Assembly (NCBI GenBank): GCA_035593605.1
Contig: DAOSWS010000018.1
Location: forward strand, 18,140-82,139
Source of the DNA: Thermoanaerobaculia bacterium
Lineage (GTDB): Bacteria > Acidobacteriota > Thermoanaerobaculia > UBA2201 > DAOSWS01
Direction: 5' to 3'
DNA: 64,000 nucleotides
The position numbers were made by a program, and so were the translations under genes. Each line of letters starts with the position of its first letter. Positions within the stretch are counted from its first letter, which is position 1. The notes beneath the pieces were generated by a model. That model was not told where the DNA came from. It ran no database searches and saw only the letters and a program-made list of their open reading frames with translations. Positions 8,916 to 19,269 of the stretch are shown here, in pieces.

Positions 8916-9752
8916 ATGAGATACCTGACTATGTTCTTCATCATTTTTATTACGGCTTCACTGCTCTTCCCCATGACCGTGGAAGAGGCGGATCAGCTCT
9001 GGCTCAGTCGGGATCAGGGCTCCGAAGGCCCTGTGGCTTCCGCGGAAACGGCTCAGAACATCGTTGACGCGTACCGGGGTCTTCTTCAGACGTCCCCTAA
9101 GGATCTTTCCCTTCGCTGGAAACTCATGCGCGCCCTCTATTTTCAGGGGCGATATACGGGCCAATCGGTTGAAGAGCAGCAGGCCACCTTTTCGGATGCC
9201 ATTGCACTGGGAGAGAAGGGATTTGAGCTGATTCAGAAGGAGTTTCAGGCGGACCCGGACGATAAGCCGGAGAAGATTGCGGCAAAACTGAAGGGAAACG
9301 AGGATGCTCTGCATCTGTACTTTTATCAGTCTGTCGCCTGGGGTCAATGGGCGCTTGCCTTCGGGAAAATGAAGGCGGTACGGAAAGGGGCAGCATCCAA
9401 GATCCGCGATTATTCCACCGTTTGTGTTCTGGCGGATAAGACCATGGAAAGTGCAGGACCGTTACGGGTTCTGGGCCGTCTTCACCATCAGACACCCCGG
9501 GTCCCCTTTATCACGGGCTGGGCCTCCAATAAAGATGCGATGAAATATTTGAAAGAGGCCGTGTCGCTGGGTCCGGAGAATCCGATGAACAAGCTATTCC
9601 TCGCGGAACTCCTCCTGGATGAAGACGAACCGCAGCAGGCGAAGGAGCTTCTTACAGAGATTGCATCCATTTCCCCGCGACTCGAGTATCAGGTGGAAGA
9701 TGCGGACACATCCATGGAAGCCGCCAGACTGTTGAAGACAATCAAGAAATAA
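8916..9752 (+). CDS. Secreted alpha-helical hypothetical protein
   Basis: Signal-peptide-like N-terminus; RBS 'aaggagg' 5 nt upstream of the ATG, with a TATAAT box (8891-8896) further upstream. Confidence 0.55.
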   Translation: MRYLTMFFIIFITASLLFPMTVEEADQLWLSRDQGSEGPVASAETAQNIVDAYRGLLQTSPKDLSLRWKLMRALYFQGRYTGQSVEEQQATFSDAIALGEKGFELIQKEFQADPDDKPEKIAAKLKGNEDALHLYFYQSVAWGQWALAFGKMKAVRKGAASKIRDYSTVCVLADKTMESAGPLRVLGRLHHQTPRVPFITGWASNKDAMKYLKEAVSLGPENPMNKLFLAELLLDEDEPQQAKELLTEIASISPRLEYQVEDADTSMEAARLLKTIKK

Positions 9753-9766
9753 CGGACCCGGATATC

Positions 9767-10291
9767 TTATTTCGATTCGGTAACCGGACCGACCGGCCAG
9801 TTCTGATGGTCGATCCTGTGTGAAAAAGTTACGAAGGTCAATTCCTGCATTAGTTTGTGGAGCGGGACCTGACGTTCGGGATGGACCCAGAGAGGATCCA
9901 GCTCAACCGCAGGGTACAGGGCAAAGGAACGGGCCAGGAGGTGAGCGTGGGGAATGGTGAGATCGGGTTCTTTTATGATCCGGTCCCCGTAATAGAGAAT
10001 ATCAAGATCGATCTCACGGGGGCCCCAGCGGGATGAGGAAATTCGTCCGGTTTTCCTTTCAATCTCTTTCAGCAGATGAAGAAGCTCCCGGGGCGGAATG
10101 TCGGTGGAAATCAGGAGAGCTGAATTGAGAAAGAGGGGTTGGTCCGGATTTCCCCAGGGCTCACTTTCATAGAGCGAAGCAGCACGAAGGACTCTGATCC
10201 CATGCTGATGGGAGATCCAGTTCCGTGCAGTTGAAAGGAAAGAAATTCGCGGATGGATGTTTCCACCCAGGCCAAGACAGGCACGAGTCAA
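9767..10291 (-). CDS. folK: 2-amino-4-hydroxy-6-hydroxymethyldihydropteridine pyrophosphokinase (HPPK)
   Basis: 'CLGLGGN' N-terminus, 'EPWG' and 'REIDLDIL' motifs characteristic of FolK. Confidence 0.85.
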   Translation of the reverse strand: MTRACLGLGGNIHPRISFLSTARNWISHQHGIRVLRAASLYESEPWGNPDQPLFLNSALLISTDIPPRELLHLLKEIERKTGRISSSRWGPREIDLDILYYGDRIIKEPDLTIPHAHLLARSFALYPAVELDPLWVHPERQVPLHKLMQELTFVTFSHRIDHQNWPVGPVTESK

Positions 10292-10293
10292 TG

Positions 10294-10560
10294 CTAGTCT
10301 TCTTCGTCGAGCTCGTCCTCTTCTTCCTCGTCGTAGCCCAAATCTTCATCTATTTCGTCCGTGTCATCATCTTTAAACAGATCCGTCTTGTCTTCAATGA
10401 CTTCTTCAAGGGCGCGGACATCCGAAATTTCGTGTCGCTTTTCCTCTTCCTCGTCGACCATTCGGCCGCAGCGAGGACAGGCCGGTTCTGGCTTTTCCAG
10501 GTCGTAGAACTTGGTTCCACATTCGATGCACAGGTGCTTCTTACCCAATCCTTGGTTCAT
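10294..10560 (-). CDS. TIGR02300 'FYDLN_acid' family zinc-ribbon protein with poly-acidic tail
   Basis: '[22 protein letters not shown]' zinc ribbon followed by an Asp/Glu-rich C-terminus. Confidence 0.7.
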   Translation of the reverse strand: MNQGLGKKHLCIECGTKFYDLEKPEPACPRCGRMVDEEEEKRHEISDVRALEEVIEDKTDLFKDDDTDEIDEDLGYDEEEEDELDEED

Positions 10561-10645
10561 GGTGTCTCCTCAAAAACATGAAATGTGTTGATATCAAACC
10601 TGGTACGGCTTGTCAAGAGGCACGATTGGCCGTACAATGGTCGCC

Positions 10646-11302
10646 ATGCAAATTTTCCGCATCCTTCTGATCCTGATCATGGGTTCCCTTTGCTTCGGAG
10701 AGGCCGACCTTGAATCCGTTCTGGACAGGGTTTCCCAGGCTCAGAGTAAAATCGAAACACTGCGTGCTTCCTTCGTTCAGGAAAAGCAGAGTGATTTTTT
10801 TGCTGAAAATGTAACTTCTTCTGGAGTTCTTTACTATAAGGCACCGGATTCGATCCGGTGGGAATACGAATCCCCCTCGAAGATCATCATTCTTATCACC
10901 CATGAGACCGTAACCTTCTACGATGTGGAGCAGAAAAAGGCCGAACGTACGGTGGTTGGGAGGGTCAGAAAGAAGATTCAGCAATACATGATGGCGACCG
11001 AACCGCTTGAAAAGCTGAAGCGCTATTTCACCATATACTTCGCTGAAAAGGAGAAAGAGGGACGGTATTACCTGCGCCTTGTCCCTGCGGTTCGAAAAAT
11101 TGAAAAGCACCTCAGTGAAGTGAATATCGAAGTCGATCGGGAATTGAATCTGCCCGTTTCCGTGGCCTACACCGATAGTGATGGAGACCTGACCCGTTAT
11201 AAGTTGCACGGGATTGTCATCAACGAGCCGATCGATCCGGAAAAATTTAGACTGGATCTTCCTTCCGACGTGCAGATTCAGGAGTTCAGGCTGAAACCTT
11301 GA
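10646..11302 (+). CDS. lolA: Outer-membrane lipoprotein carrier protein LolA
   Basis: Signal peptide; LolA-like 'VLYYKAPDSIRWEY' region. Start moved to the internal ATG because a sigma70-like promoter lies inside the longer ORF. Confidence 0.7.
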   Translation: MQIFRILLILIMGSLCFGEADLESVLDRVSQAQSKIETLRASFVQEKQSDFFAENVTSSGVLYYKAPDSIRWEYESPSKIIILITHETVTFYDVEQKKAERTVVGRVRKKIQQYMMATEPLEKLKRYFTIYFAEKEKEGRYYLRLVPAVRKIEKHLSEVNIEVDRELNLPVSVAYTDSDGDLTRYKLHGIVINEPIDPEKFRLDLPSDVQIQEFRLKP

Positions 11303-12519
11303 GTGCCATTACCTTCAAAGTCACCCATAGACACGGGAGTACCCGTGCCCGAGTCGGAGAACTCCGTACGCTCCACGGAGTGGTGCAGACGCCTGCATTC
11401 ATGCCCGTTGGAACCTATGGAGTCGTCCGTGCCGTACCTGCGCATATCCTCAAAGAAATCGGTGCGGATATCATGCTGGTAAACGCCTATCACCTGATGC
11501 TGCGCCCGGGTCTCGACCTGCTTGGCCGGCATGACGGAATTCACGCCTTTATGGGGTGGAAGGGTCCCGTACTTGCGGACAGCGGAGGCTACCAGGTCTT
11601 TTCGTTAAAGGATCGAGTGACCATCTCTCCGGAGGGATGCACCTTTCGCGACACTCTTGCCGGAGATCTGCATACCCTGACTCCCGAGGCTGTCGTCACC
11701 TTCCTTCAGACGGCGGGACTGGATATCGGCATGGTACTGGATGTCTGCCCTCCTCCCGATGCGGGTGATCAGGATCAGCTGCGGGCCATGGATCTGACGA
11801 AGAACTGGGCGGAGAGATCCATAAATGTATGGGATCCCGAGCGCATGGGGCTCTTTGGCATTGTTCAGGGCGGAGGAGATTTGAGCCGGCGGGAGCGTTC
11901 CGCCTCGGAAATTGGTTCCCTCGGGTTTTCCGGCCACGCCATCGGAGGCCTGGGGATTGGAGAATCGCCCGAAACCACGTGGTCCTGTGTTGAGACCTGT
12001 ACAGGAGTGCTTGATGAAGACCGCCCGCGGTATCTTATGGGTATGGGATACCCGGAGGATATTGAGAGAGCCGTGGCCCTGGGTGTGGATCTCTTTGACT
12101 GTGTCCTCCCCACGCGAAATGCGCGAAACGGTCAACTCTTCACTTCGAGCGGACGCATCAATCTGAAGCAGGCCCGGCATCTTGACCAGACCGGTCCTCC
12201 CGATCCTCAGTGTGCCTGTCCCACCTGCCGGCACTACTCTCTGGGGTATCTTTCTTATCTTTACCGGATCAAAGATATGGGTGCCTCTATCCTCTCTTCG
12301 ATCCATAATCTCTGGTATTACCTTGACTTCATGAAGCGATTAAGGCACACTATTGCCTTCAATTTACCCATAGGGGGGAACTGTGAACCAGCCCAATGCC
12401 CTGGTACAACTGATGCCGCTGATTCTCATTCTTCTGGTCTTCTACTTCATTCTCATTCGACCCATGCAGAAGAAGCAGAAACAGCACCAGGTCTTTCTGA
12501 AAAATCTGAAAAAGGGTGA
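11299..12519 (+). CDS. tgt: Queuine tRNA-ribosyltransferase (tRNA-guanine transglycosylase)
   Basis: Tgt motifs 'VQTPAFMPVGT', 'LVNAYHL' and zinc site 'CACPTCRHYSLGY'. The ORF runs about 20 aa past the usual C-terminus and overlaps yajC. Confidence 0.85.
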   Translation: MSAITFKVTHRHGSTRARVGELRTLHGVVQTPAFMPVGTYGVVRAVPAHILKEIGADIMLVNAYHLMLRPGLDLLGRHDGIHAFMGWKGPVLADSGGYQVFSLKDRVTISPEGCTFRDTLAGDLHTLTPEAVVTFLQTAGLDIGMVLDVCPPPDAGDQDQLRAMDLTKNWAERSINVWDPERMGLFGIVQGGGDLSRRERSASEIGSLGFSGHAIGGLGIGESPETTWSCVETCTGVLDEDRPRYLMGMGYPEDIERAVALGVDLFDCVLPTRNARNGQLFTSSGRINLKQARHLDQTGPPDPQCACPTCRHYSLGYLSYLYRIKDMGASILSSIHNLWYYLDFMKRLRHTIAFNLPIGGNCEPAQCPGTTDAADSHSSGLLLHSHSTHAEEAETAPGLSEKSEKG

Positions 12520-12670
12520 TCGGGTCATTACCTCGGGAGGTCTATACGGAGTCGTTCAGTCTGTGGATGATCAGACGGTTTCGTTAAAGCTCTCCGAGCA
12601 GGTAAAGGTCAAAGTCGCCCTCTCAGCCATATCGGGATTGCAGCCCGATCAAGGAGGCGAAAATGGATAG
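12383..12670 (+). CDS. yajC: Preprotein translocase subunit YajC
   Basis: Single TM segment plus conserved 'LKKGDRVITSGGLYGVV' motif. Confidence 0.85.
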   Translation: MNQPNALVQLMPLILILLVFYFILIRPMQKKQKQHQVFLKNLKKGDRVITSGGLYGVVQSVDDQTVSLKLSEQVKVKVALSAISGLQPDQGGENG

Positions 12671-14225
12671 GAGCCTGCTCTGGAGGCTTTCCCTCATCGT
12701 AGTGGTTATGGCGTTCTGCATTCTGTCTCTCTTTCCTCTGAATGAGAAAGTCAAGCTGGGGCTTGACCTGAAGGGGGGAATTCACCTTGTCCTTGAGGTT
12801 CATACGCTGGATGCCATCAAAGCCGATACGATCGATGCCATGGAGTCAGTCGAAAACCGGCTCTCCCGCGAGAGTATTGCCAAAACGGACAGCCGTCTTA
12901 TTGGAGATGACGGGTTTGAAATGGTTTTCCCGCCTGAATCACTGGAACAGGCCTACAGCCTTGCAAAGGACTATTTGCCGGGCTGGGACCTGGAAACCCA
13001 GGAGCCCGATACCCTTCGGGGAACCATGCAGGCCGTTTTTAAGCGGGAGCGTGAAGACCTGGCCGTCCGGCAGGCTCTGGAAACCATTCGCAACCGCGTG
13101 GATGAACTGGGACTCGCCGAGCCCACCATTCAGCGGCAGGGAATGAACGATAATCGAATTCTGGTTCAGCTCCCCGGTCTGGATGATCCAACCCGGGTCA
13201 AAAATATCATTAAATCCACGGCTCTTCTTGAACTAAGCCTTGTGGAGTCCGGACCTGCGCCCGATCGGCAGACCATCATCGATGCATTGGGAGGAACGGT
13301 TCCCGAGGGTATTCGTATCCTGGACGGAAAAATCAAGAATGAAGCGGGTGATGTCATCGGCAGGAATGCCTATGCCGTAAAGGAACCTCCCGTCATCTCG
13401 GGAAGAGATCTGCGCAATGCCCGCCGGGGAATTGACAGCCAGGGACTCCCCGCCGTAAATTTCAGCCTGAATCCGACCGGTGCCAAAAAATTTGAAAAGG
13501 CCACTGCGGTCAATATAGGCAAACAGCTGGCTATTATCCTGGACGGCGTCGTCATGTCTGCTCCCCGCATCAATGCCACGATTTCCGATGAGGGCATTAT
13601 CGAGGGGAATTTTTCCGTGAAAGAAGCGGAAGACCTGGCGCTGGTCCTCCGTTCCGGCGCCCTGCCGGCCAGCATTACCTATCTGGAAGAGCGGACCGTT
13701 GGACCTTCCCTGGGGCAGGACAGTATTCGCCGGGGCGTCAGAGCCGCGATTCTCGGACTCATCCTGGTCATGGTCTTTATGGTTTTTTACTACCGACTGA
13801 GCGGGATCAACGCCGTTGTTGCTCTTTTCTTTAATATCATCATTATCTTCGGTGTCATGGCGTACTTTGGTGCCGTCCTGACCCTGCCGGGGGTTGCCGG
13901 GATTATTCTGACGATCGGCATGGCTGTGGACGCAAACGTTTTGATCTTTGAGCGTGTCCGCGAAGAACTGGGCCTCGGGAAAAATGTCCGGGCGGCCCTT
14001 TCTGCCGGTTTTTCCCGTGCATTCGGGACGATCGTGGATGCCAACGTGACCACGCTGATCGCTGCTCTTTTCCTCTTTCAGTTTGGTACGGGCCCGATTC
14101 GGGGATTTGCGGTTACCCTTATGATCGGGATCCTGGGATCCATGTTCACCGCCGTCTTTGTCTCGCGGTATATCTTCGACCTAGTCCTTTCCCGAAAGGC
14201 CAGGGTCTCGTCCCTGAGTATTTAA
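12663..14225 (+). CDS. secD: Protein translocase subunit SecD
   Basis: Large periplasmic loop and C-terminal 6-TM SecD/SecF domain; gene order yajC-secD-secF. Confidence 0.9.
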   Translation: MDRSLLWRLSLIVVVMAFCILSLFPLNEKVKLGLDLKGGIHLVLEVHTLDAIKADTIDAMESVENRLSRESIAKTDSRLIGDDGFEMVFPPESLEQAYSLAKDYLPGWDLETQEPDTLRGTMQAVFKREREDLAVRQALETIRNRVDELGLAEPTIQRQGMNDNRILVQLPGLDDPTRVKNIIKSTALLELSLVESGPAPDRQTIIDALGGTVPEGIRILDGKIKNEAGDVIGRNAYAVKEPPVISGRDLRNARRGIDSQGLPAVNFSLNPTGAKKFEKATAVNIGKQLAIILDGVVMSAPRINATISDEGIIEGNFSVKEAEDLALVLRSGALPASITYLEERTVGPSLGQDSIRRGVRAAILGLILVMVFMVFYYRLSGINAVVALFFNIIIIFGVMAYFGAVLTLPGVAGIILTIGMAVDANVLIFERVREELGLGKNVRAALSAGFSRAFGTIVDANVTTLIAALFLFQFGTGPIRGFAVTLMIGILGSMFTAVFVSRYIFDLVLSRKARVSSLSI

Positions 14226-14235
14226 GGGGGTTCCC

Positions 14236-15378
14236 ATGTGGCAGATCTTTAAGCAGACGAACTATCAATTCATCAAGTACACCCGCATATGGGTTTCACT
14301 GTCCATTCTGGCCGCGGTGGTCAGTATCGGCGCCTATGTTGCGAAGGGTGGCTTCAACTATGGGATCGATTTTGCCGGCGGAACCCAGCTGACCCTGAAA
14401 TTTTCCCAGAAGCCGAATCTGAATGAGATGCGGAAGCTGATGGGTGAACTGAATATGGGGGATGTCGTGATTCAGGAATTCGATGAGGAGGGTCTCAATG
14501 AGATCATGATCCGAATCGAAAATACCGGTGAAGAGGGGGATATTGCCGGTAGTGTCCTCTCCCATCTGCACCAGCAGCTTTCGCCCGGTGCCGGAGAAAT
14601 GGACCTGAATTTTATGGGCCGGGATGCCCTCGCGCAGAATCTCGAATCCATTCTTCCCGGCAGGGATGAAGAAGCTGAGCAGGTTGCCGCTGCCGTGGCT
14701 TCCTTCAAGAAAAGCCATGGAATCATTACCTCCATGGATGATCTTTCCCGCGAGGAATCGATTCCGGATGACATGGCCTCGATCCTGAAAGAGAAATTTA
14801 CACTGGGTTCCTTTGCTCTCATGGGAGCGGAGAATGTAGGGCCCAAAGTCGGAAAGGATCTTCGCAGTAAAGCGCAAAGTGCGATTATCTGGTCTCTTTT
14901 CGGGATGCTTTTCTATATCTGGATCCGGTTCCGGCACTTTGCCTATGGGTTCGGTGCCATCGTGGCAACCTTTCATGACGTTATCATTACGCTGGGTGTC
15001 TTTGTCGTACTGGGCCTTGAAATTAACCTTACCGTTGTGGCGGCACTCCTTACCCTTGTCGGATATTCGGTCAACGATACGGTCGTAGTCTTTGATCGAA
15101 TCAGGGAAACGTTGAGAAAATCACGAAGACAGGACTTCCCGACACTGGTTAATCAGGCCATCAACGAAACACTCTCCCGGACGATTATCACTTCCGGCAC
15201 AACCTTTCTTACCGTGCTCAGCCTTTACATTCTGGGAGGCGACGTGATTCGCAACTTTGCCTTTACCCTCGTGATCGGGATTTTTATCGGGACCTATTCC
15301 TCGATCTATATTGCTTCTCCGGTTGTGATCTTTATTCATAAGTTCGCAGAACGGAAGCGACAGGCGAAAAGAAAATAG
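14236..15378 (+). CDS. secF: Protein translocase subunit SecF (long form)
   Basis: SecF TM core (VNDTVVVFDRIRE) with an extended periplasmic insertion. Confidence 0.9.
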   Translation: MWQIFKQTNYQFIKYTRIWVSLSILAAVVSIGAYVAKGGFNYGIDFAGGTQLTLKFSQKPNLNEMRKLMGELNMGDVVIQEFDEEGLNEIMIRIENTGEEGDIAGSVLSHLHQQLSPGAGEMDLNFMGRDALAQNLESILPGRDEEAEQVAAAVASFKKSHGIITSMDDLSREESIPDDMASILKEKFTLGSFALMGAENVGPKVGKDLRSKAQSAIIWSLFGMLFYIWIRFRHFAYGFGAIVATFHDVIITLGVFVVLGLEINLTVVAALLTLVGYSVNDTVVVFDRIRETLRKSRRQDFPTLVNQAINETLSRTIITSGTTFLTVLSLYILGGDVIRNFAFTLVIGIFIGTYSSIYIASPVVIFIHKFAERKRQAKRK

Positions 15379-15452
15379 TACAGGGATCCATACAACTCGA
15401 CAGAGTACTCGAAACGTACCGTCAACATAATCAAGATGAAGGCGGCCTGGAA

Positions 15453-17522
15453 ATGATCCGGGCCGCTTTTGATTTCTCGGCCCGGGCTCACTCGGGCCAG
15501 AAACGAAAGTCAGGGGAACCCTATATCACCCATCCGGTTCAGGTGGCTTCGACGCTTGCGTCCATGGGGCTGGACCATGAAACCGTTGCGGCAGGACTTC
15601 TTCACGACGTGATTGAGGATTGCGGGGTGACTGTCGAGGCACTGCAGGACCGGTTTGGCTCAACGGTAAGCGGCCTGGTGGAAGGGGTTACCAAAATCGG
15701 AATGTACAACCTGAGTCGTCCGGATCAGCAGCAGATTCTAAGCTTTCGAAAGATGATCCTGGCCATGGCGGAGGATCTCCGGGTCATGCTGGTCAAATTG
15801 AGTGACCGGCTTCACAACATGCGCACACTGGCATCCCTGGATTCTGAAAGTCGGAAAAGAATCGCGGAGGAGACGCTGCACATCTATGCTCCCATCGCCA
15901 ACCGGCTGGGCATGTGGAGTGTGATGGCGGAACTTGAGGATTTATCTTTTGCAGAACTTCATCCAAAGGCATCGGCTCGCATTGCGTCGGATCTTGAACG
16001 TGCGAAGCCCAGGGCCCGTGCCTTTATCGTGCGTACGAGAAGAAAAATTCTCAAAAAGCTTGGAGGTGCGGGACTCGGTGTCACCGTCCAGGCCAGGATG
16101 AAACATCTCTACAGCATTTTTTCGAAAATGGAACGAAAGGGATACGACCTTCAGAGGCTCCATGATATCTTTGCCTTCCGGGTCGTCACACAGAGTGAGG
16201 ACGAGTGTTACCGGTGCCTCTCTCTCCTTCATGATGCATGGAAGGCTGCACCGGGTAGGGTGAAGGACTATATTTCCCGGCCAAAACCCAATGGGTATCA
16301 GTCACTTCACACCATTCTGCTGTCGGAGGACAACCTCCCCTTTGAAGTCCAGATTCGTACGCAATCGATGCATCGGATCGCTGAATCGGGTGTGGCCGCT
16401 CACGCCCTCTACAAGACTGCCCGATCCGGATTGCGGGACGTGCAGAGGGAGCTTCTCTGGATCCAGAGGCTGAAGGAACTGGCCCAGGAAACCGATTCCA
16501 TGGATGCGATCCGTACGTCTCTCCGGGAGGAAGAGATCTTCGTTCTTACGCCGGGGCGAGACATCATTGCGCTTCCCAGAGGTGCGACCATCCTTGATTT
16601 TGCCTACCGTATCCACACGGACGTCGGGCATCGGACATCGGGAGCCCTGGTCCATGACAGAATGGTGCCGCTTGCGACCGAATTGAAAACCGGGGATGTT
16701 GTCACCATCCTGACGCATCCGAAGCATCGGCCCTCACGTGACTGGCTTTCCATGGTGGTTACGGCTTCGGCAAGAGGGAAAATCCGAAAGGCGCTCCAGC
16801 AGGAAGAGCGAAAGAGGGCAGAAGAGACAGGTCAGAAGATCTTTGAACGATTTGTCCGTCTGCATGGCCTGGACAGCCGCCAGATTTTGAACAGTGAACC
16901 CTTTCTGGACGCACTCCGCCACAGAGGGTACTCCAGAGAGGTGGATCTCTTTATCGCGCTGGGGCAGGAGCGCGCCGACCTCGAGCGAATCCTTGAACCA
17001 TGGCTCCCTGCCGAAGAAAGCCTGACAGAGGAGCTTCCCCCGGTTACGAGGATTCATGAAGACAACCGGGTCCTGGTTGGTGGCGAGGACGGTCTCGATG
17101 TCCGGTATGCCGGCTGCTGCTTTCCGTTGCCGGGGGATTCGATTCAGGCCCAGGTAACGCGGACACGAGGAATTGTTATCCATCGATCCTCATGCGCATC
17201 CCTGCGGAGCGACACACTGTATCCGGCCTCCTGGCTGCCGGGAAGGACGGGACGGTTCCGGGCCCGGATTATGGTCCAGGTCGAGGAGCCCTTCCTGTCC
17301 TCTCCGGATCTTACCCGGGAGTGTCTGGCTTTTGGTCTTGGGGTCAGTGAAATTCAGCGGAGACTGATTTCACCGGGACGTGCGCTGTTGTCCTTTATGC
17401 TGTTCGTGCGCCATATAAACGACTACCTGAGCCTTCGAGGAAGGCTGTTACAGATGAAAGGGGTCGTGGACGTATCGAGGGCGGGCGAAGGGAAGAGAAA
17501 CCCTACGCAACGATCTTTTTAA
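15453..17522 (+). CDS. relA: Bifunctional (p)ppGpp synthetase/hydrolase (RelA/SpoT homologue)
   Basis: HD hydrolase motif 'LLHDVIED'; synthetase domain (YQSLHT); TGS and ACT-like C-terminal regions. Confidence 0.9.
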   Translation: MIRAAFDFSARAHSGQKRKSGEPYITHPVQVASTLASMGLDHETVAAGLLHDVIEDCGVTVEALQDRFGSTVSGLVEGVTKIGMYNLSRPDQQQILSFRKMILAMAEDLRVMLVKLSDRLHNMRTLASLDSESRKRIAEETLHIYAPIANRLGMWSVMAELEDLSFAELHPKASARIASDLERAKPRARAFIVRTRRKILKKLGGAGLGVTVQARMKHLYSIFSKMERKGYDLQRLHDIFAFRVVTQSEDECYRCLSLLHDAWKAAPGRVKDYISRPKPNGYQSLHTILLSEDNLPFEVQIRTQSMHRIAESGVAAHALYKTARSGLRDVQRELLWIQRLKELAQETDSMDAIRTSLREEEIFVLTPGRDIIALPRGATILDFAYRIHTDVGHRTSGALVHDRMVPLATELKTGDVVTILTHPKHRPSRDWLSMVVTASARGKIRKALQQEERKRAEETGQKIFERFVRLHGLDSRQILNSEPFLDALRHRGYSREVDLFIALGQERADLERILEPWLPAEESLTEELPPVTRIHEDNRVLVGGEDGLDVRYAGCCFPLPGDSIQAQVTRTRGIVIHRSSCASLRSDTLYPASWLPGRTGRFRARIMVQVEEPFLSSPDLTRECLAFGLGVSEIQRRLISPGRALLSFMLFVRHINDYLSLRGRLLQMKGVVDVSRAGEGKRNPTQRSF

Positions 17523-17697
17523 CCTTGCCCGAACGGAGGCAGCGCATACATACGTTCATGCGGCGCTTGCCGCCGTTCCATTCCACCCGGAGCTTCTGGA
17601 TATTCGGTTTCCAGCGCCTTCGAGTCAGATTATGGGCGTGGCTGATCGCATTTCCCGCTACGGGACGTTTCCCGCAAATATCACAGACATGTGCCAT
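17503..17697 (-). CDS. rpmB: 50S ribosomal protein L28
   Basis: 64 aa '[35 protein letters not shown]...' typical of L28. Confidence 0.9.
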   Translation of the reverse strand: MAHVCDICGKRPVAGNAISHAHNLTRRRWKPNIQKLRVEWNGGKRRMNVCMRCLRSGKVKKIVA

Positions 17698-18127
17698 AGG
17701 GCGCAGATTGTAGCACAGGTTGGTTCTCCCATCAAGCGAAAGACGGAGAAATGAGCGAGCCGGTTTTCATGCTCAATATATTGAGTTTCATTTTTTTGCA
17801 ATGCCTACATATTGTGTGTGCCGCGCATATCGATCCAGTCAAAATCTATAATGAGTTTGTCAAGGTTTGGATCCAGGATCGCTATATTCGATTTTCAACG
17901 AAAAGGAATGAAGCACCTTCCAACTCTATTTACAAATCATGGATTCCCGATGTCGTCCCGATTGATAGTTTTTTCTCACTTTAACCTGATTCAATACGTG
18001 GAAATGAATCGGAAGCAAAAAAGCGATGTGGATCGTCACACCTTTGTTTATGCCGTCTTTTCTATCCTCAATCCAAGGGGATGCCGATTTCACATGGATG
18101 AAGCATTCGTCCCCCACTTGACAACCT

Positions 18128-18156
18128 TGATTTCTTGTGCTAACTTAAAGTTTAGC
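18128..18156 (+). promoter_or_regulatory. Putative sigma70-type promoter of the pilM operon (TTGACA-17-TAACTT)
   Basis: TTGACA at 18128-18133, 17-nt spacer, TAACTT at 18151-18156, about 45 nt upstream of the pilM ATG, inside a low-GC 500-bp intergenic region. Confidence 0.3.
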
Positions 18157-18201
18157 ATTAAGTAATTATGGATAAACGCCTGGGAAACTTAGATTTATCT
18201 G

Positions 18202-19266
18202 GTGGTGACTATGATCTTTAAAAAGAAGAGCAAGGGTATTGTCGGTTTGGATCTGGGATCCTCCACGCTCAAACTGGTCGAGCTTAGACGAAAAGGGGAC
18301 CGGTACCACCTGGATAAAGTTGGAATCGCCCCCCTGGCGCCGGAGGCCATCGTCGACGGCGCCATCATGGATTCTTCGCTTGTCGTAGATTCCATCTCTC
18401 AGCTCTTTAACCAGTTAGGTGTGAAAAACCAGAGTGTGGGGATCTCCATCTCGGGGCATGCCGTCATTATTAAGCGGATTACTCTGCCCATCATGTCTCC
18501 TGAGGAGCTGGCGGAATCAATTCAGTGGGAAGCCGAGCAATATATTCCCTTTGACATCAACGATGTCAACCTGAGTTATACGCCCCTCGGAGATGAACCG
18601 GATGGACAGAACATGGCGGTACTGCTGGTCGTCGCCAAGAAGGATAAGGTGACGGACTACACCGGATCTGCAATCCAGGCCGGAAAAACGGTTGTTCTGG
18701 TGGATGTCGACGCCTTCGCCCTCCAGAATTCCTTTGAGATGAATTATGGTCTTGGTCCCGATGCCAATATGGCGCTCGTAAATATCGGGGCCAACATCAT
18801 GAATGTGAACATCATCATCTCCGGAGAGAGCGTGTTCTGGCGTGACATCAGTTTTGGTGGAAACCAGTATACCGAGGCAATCATGAGGGAGATGGGATTG
18901 AGCTGGGATCAGGCCGAAGCCCTGAAAAAGGGCGAGAAGATTGAAGGCTTTACCCACGAAAACGTGATTCCCATCTGTAACACGGTTACGGAGGAGCTCG
19001 TACAGGAGCTTCGAAAGACCCTCGACTTTTTCCAGCAGAGCCTCGGCCAGGGTGACATCAACCACCTCTACCTTGCGGGGGGAGCTTCCAAGACGGTGAA
19101 TCTCGTGACGCTCATGCAGGAGAGACTTGGAATCGGCGTCGAGATCATGAATCCGCTCAAGGAAGTTTCCTACGATGAGAGCAAGTTCGATCCCGAATGG
19201 CTGAATGATCTCGCACCACACCTTGGGGTTTCCGTTGGCCTGGCCATTCGAGAAGTGGGGGATTAA
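18202..19266 (+). CDS. pilM: Type IV pilus assembly protein PilM (actin-like ATPase fold)
   Basis: N-terminal 'IVGLDLGSSTLKLVEL'; PilM-family architecture; first gene of a pilMNOPQ cluster. Confidence 0.9.
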   Translation: MVTMIFKKKSKGIVGLDLGSSTLKLVELRRKGDRYHLDKVGIAPLAPEAIVDGAIMDSSLVVDSISQLFNQLGVKNQSVGISISGHAVIIKRITLPIMSPEELAESIQWEAEQYIPFDINDVNLSYTPLGDEPDGQNMAVLLVVAKKDKVTDYTGSAIQAGKTVVLVDVDAFALQNSFEMNYGLGPDANMALVNIGANIMNVNIIISGESVFWRDISFGGNQYTEAIMREMGLSWDQAEALKKGEKIEGFTHENVIPICNTVTEELVQELRKTLDFFQQSLGQGDINHLYLAGGASKTVNLVTLMQERLGIGVEIMNPLKEVSYDESKFDPEWLNDLAPHLGVSVGLAIREVGD

Positions 19267-19269
19267 TCC

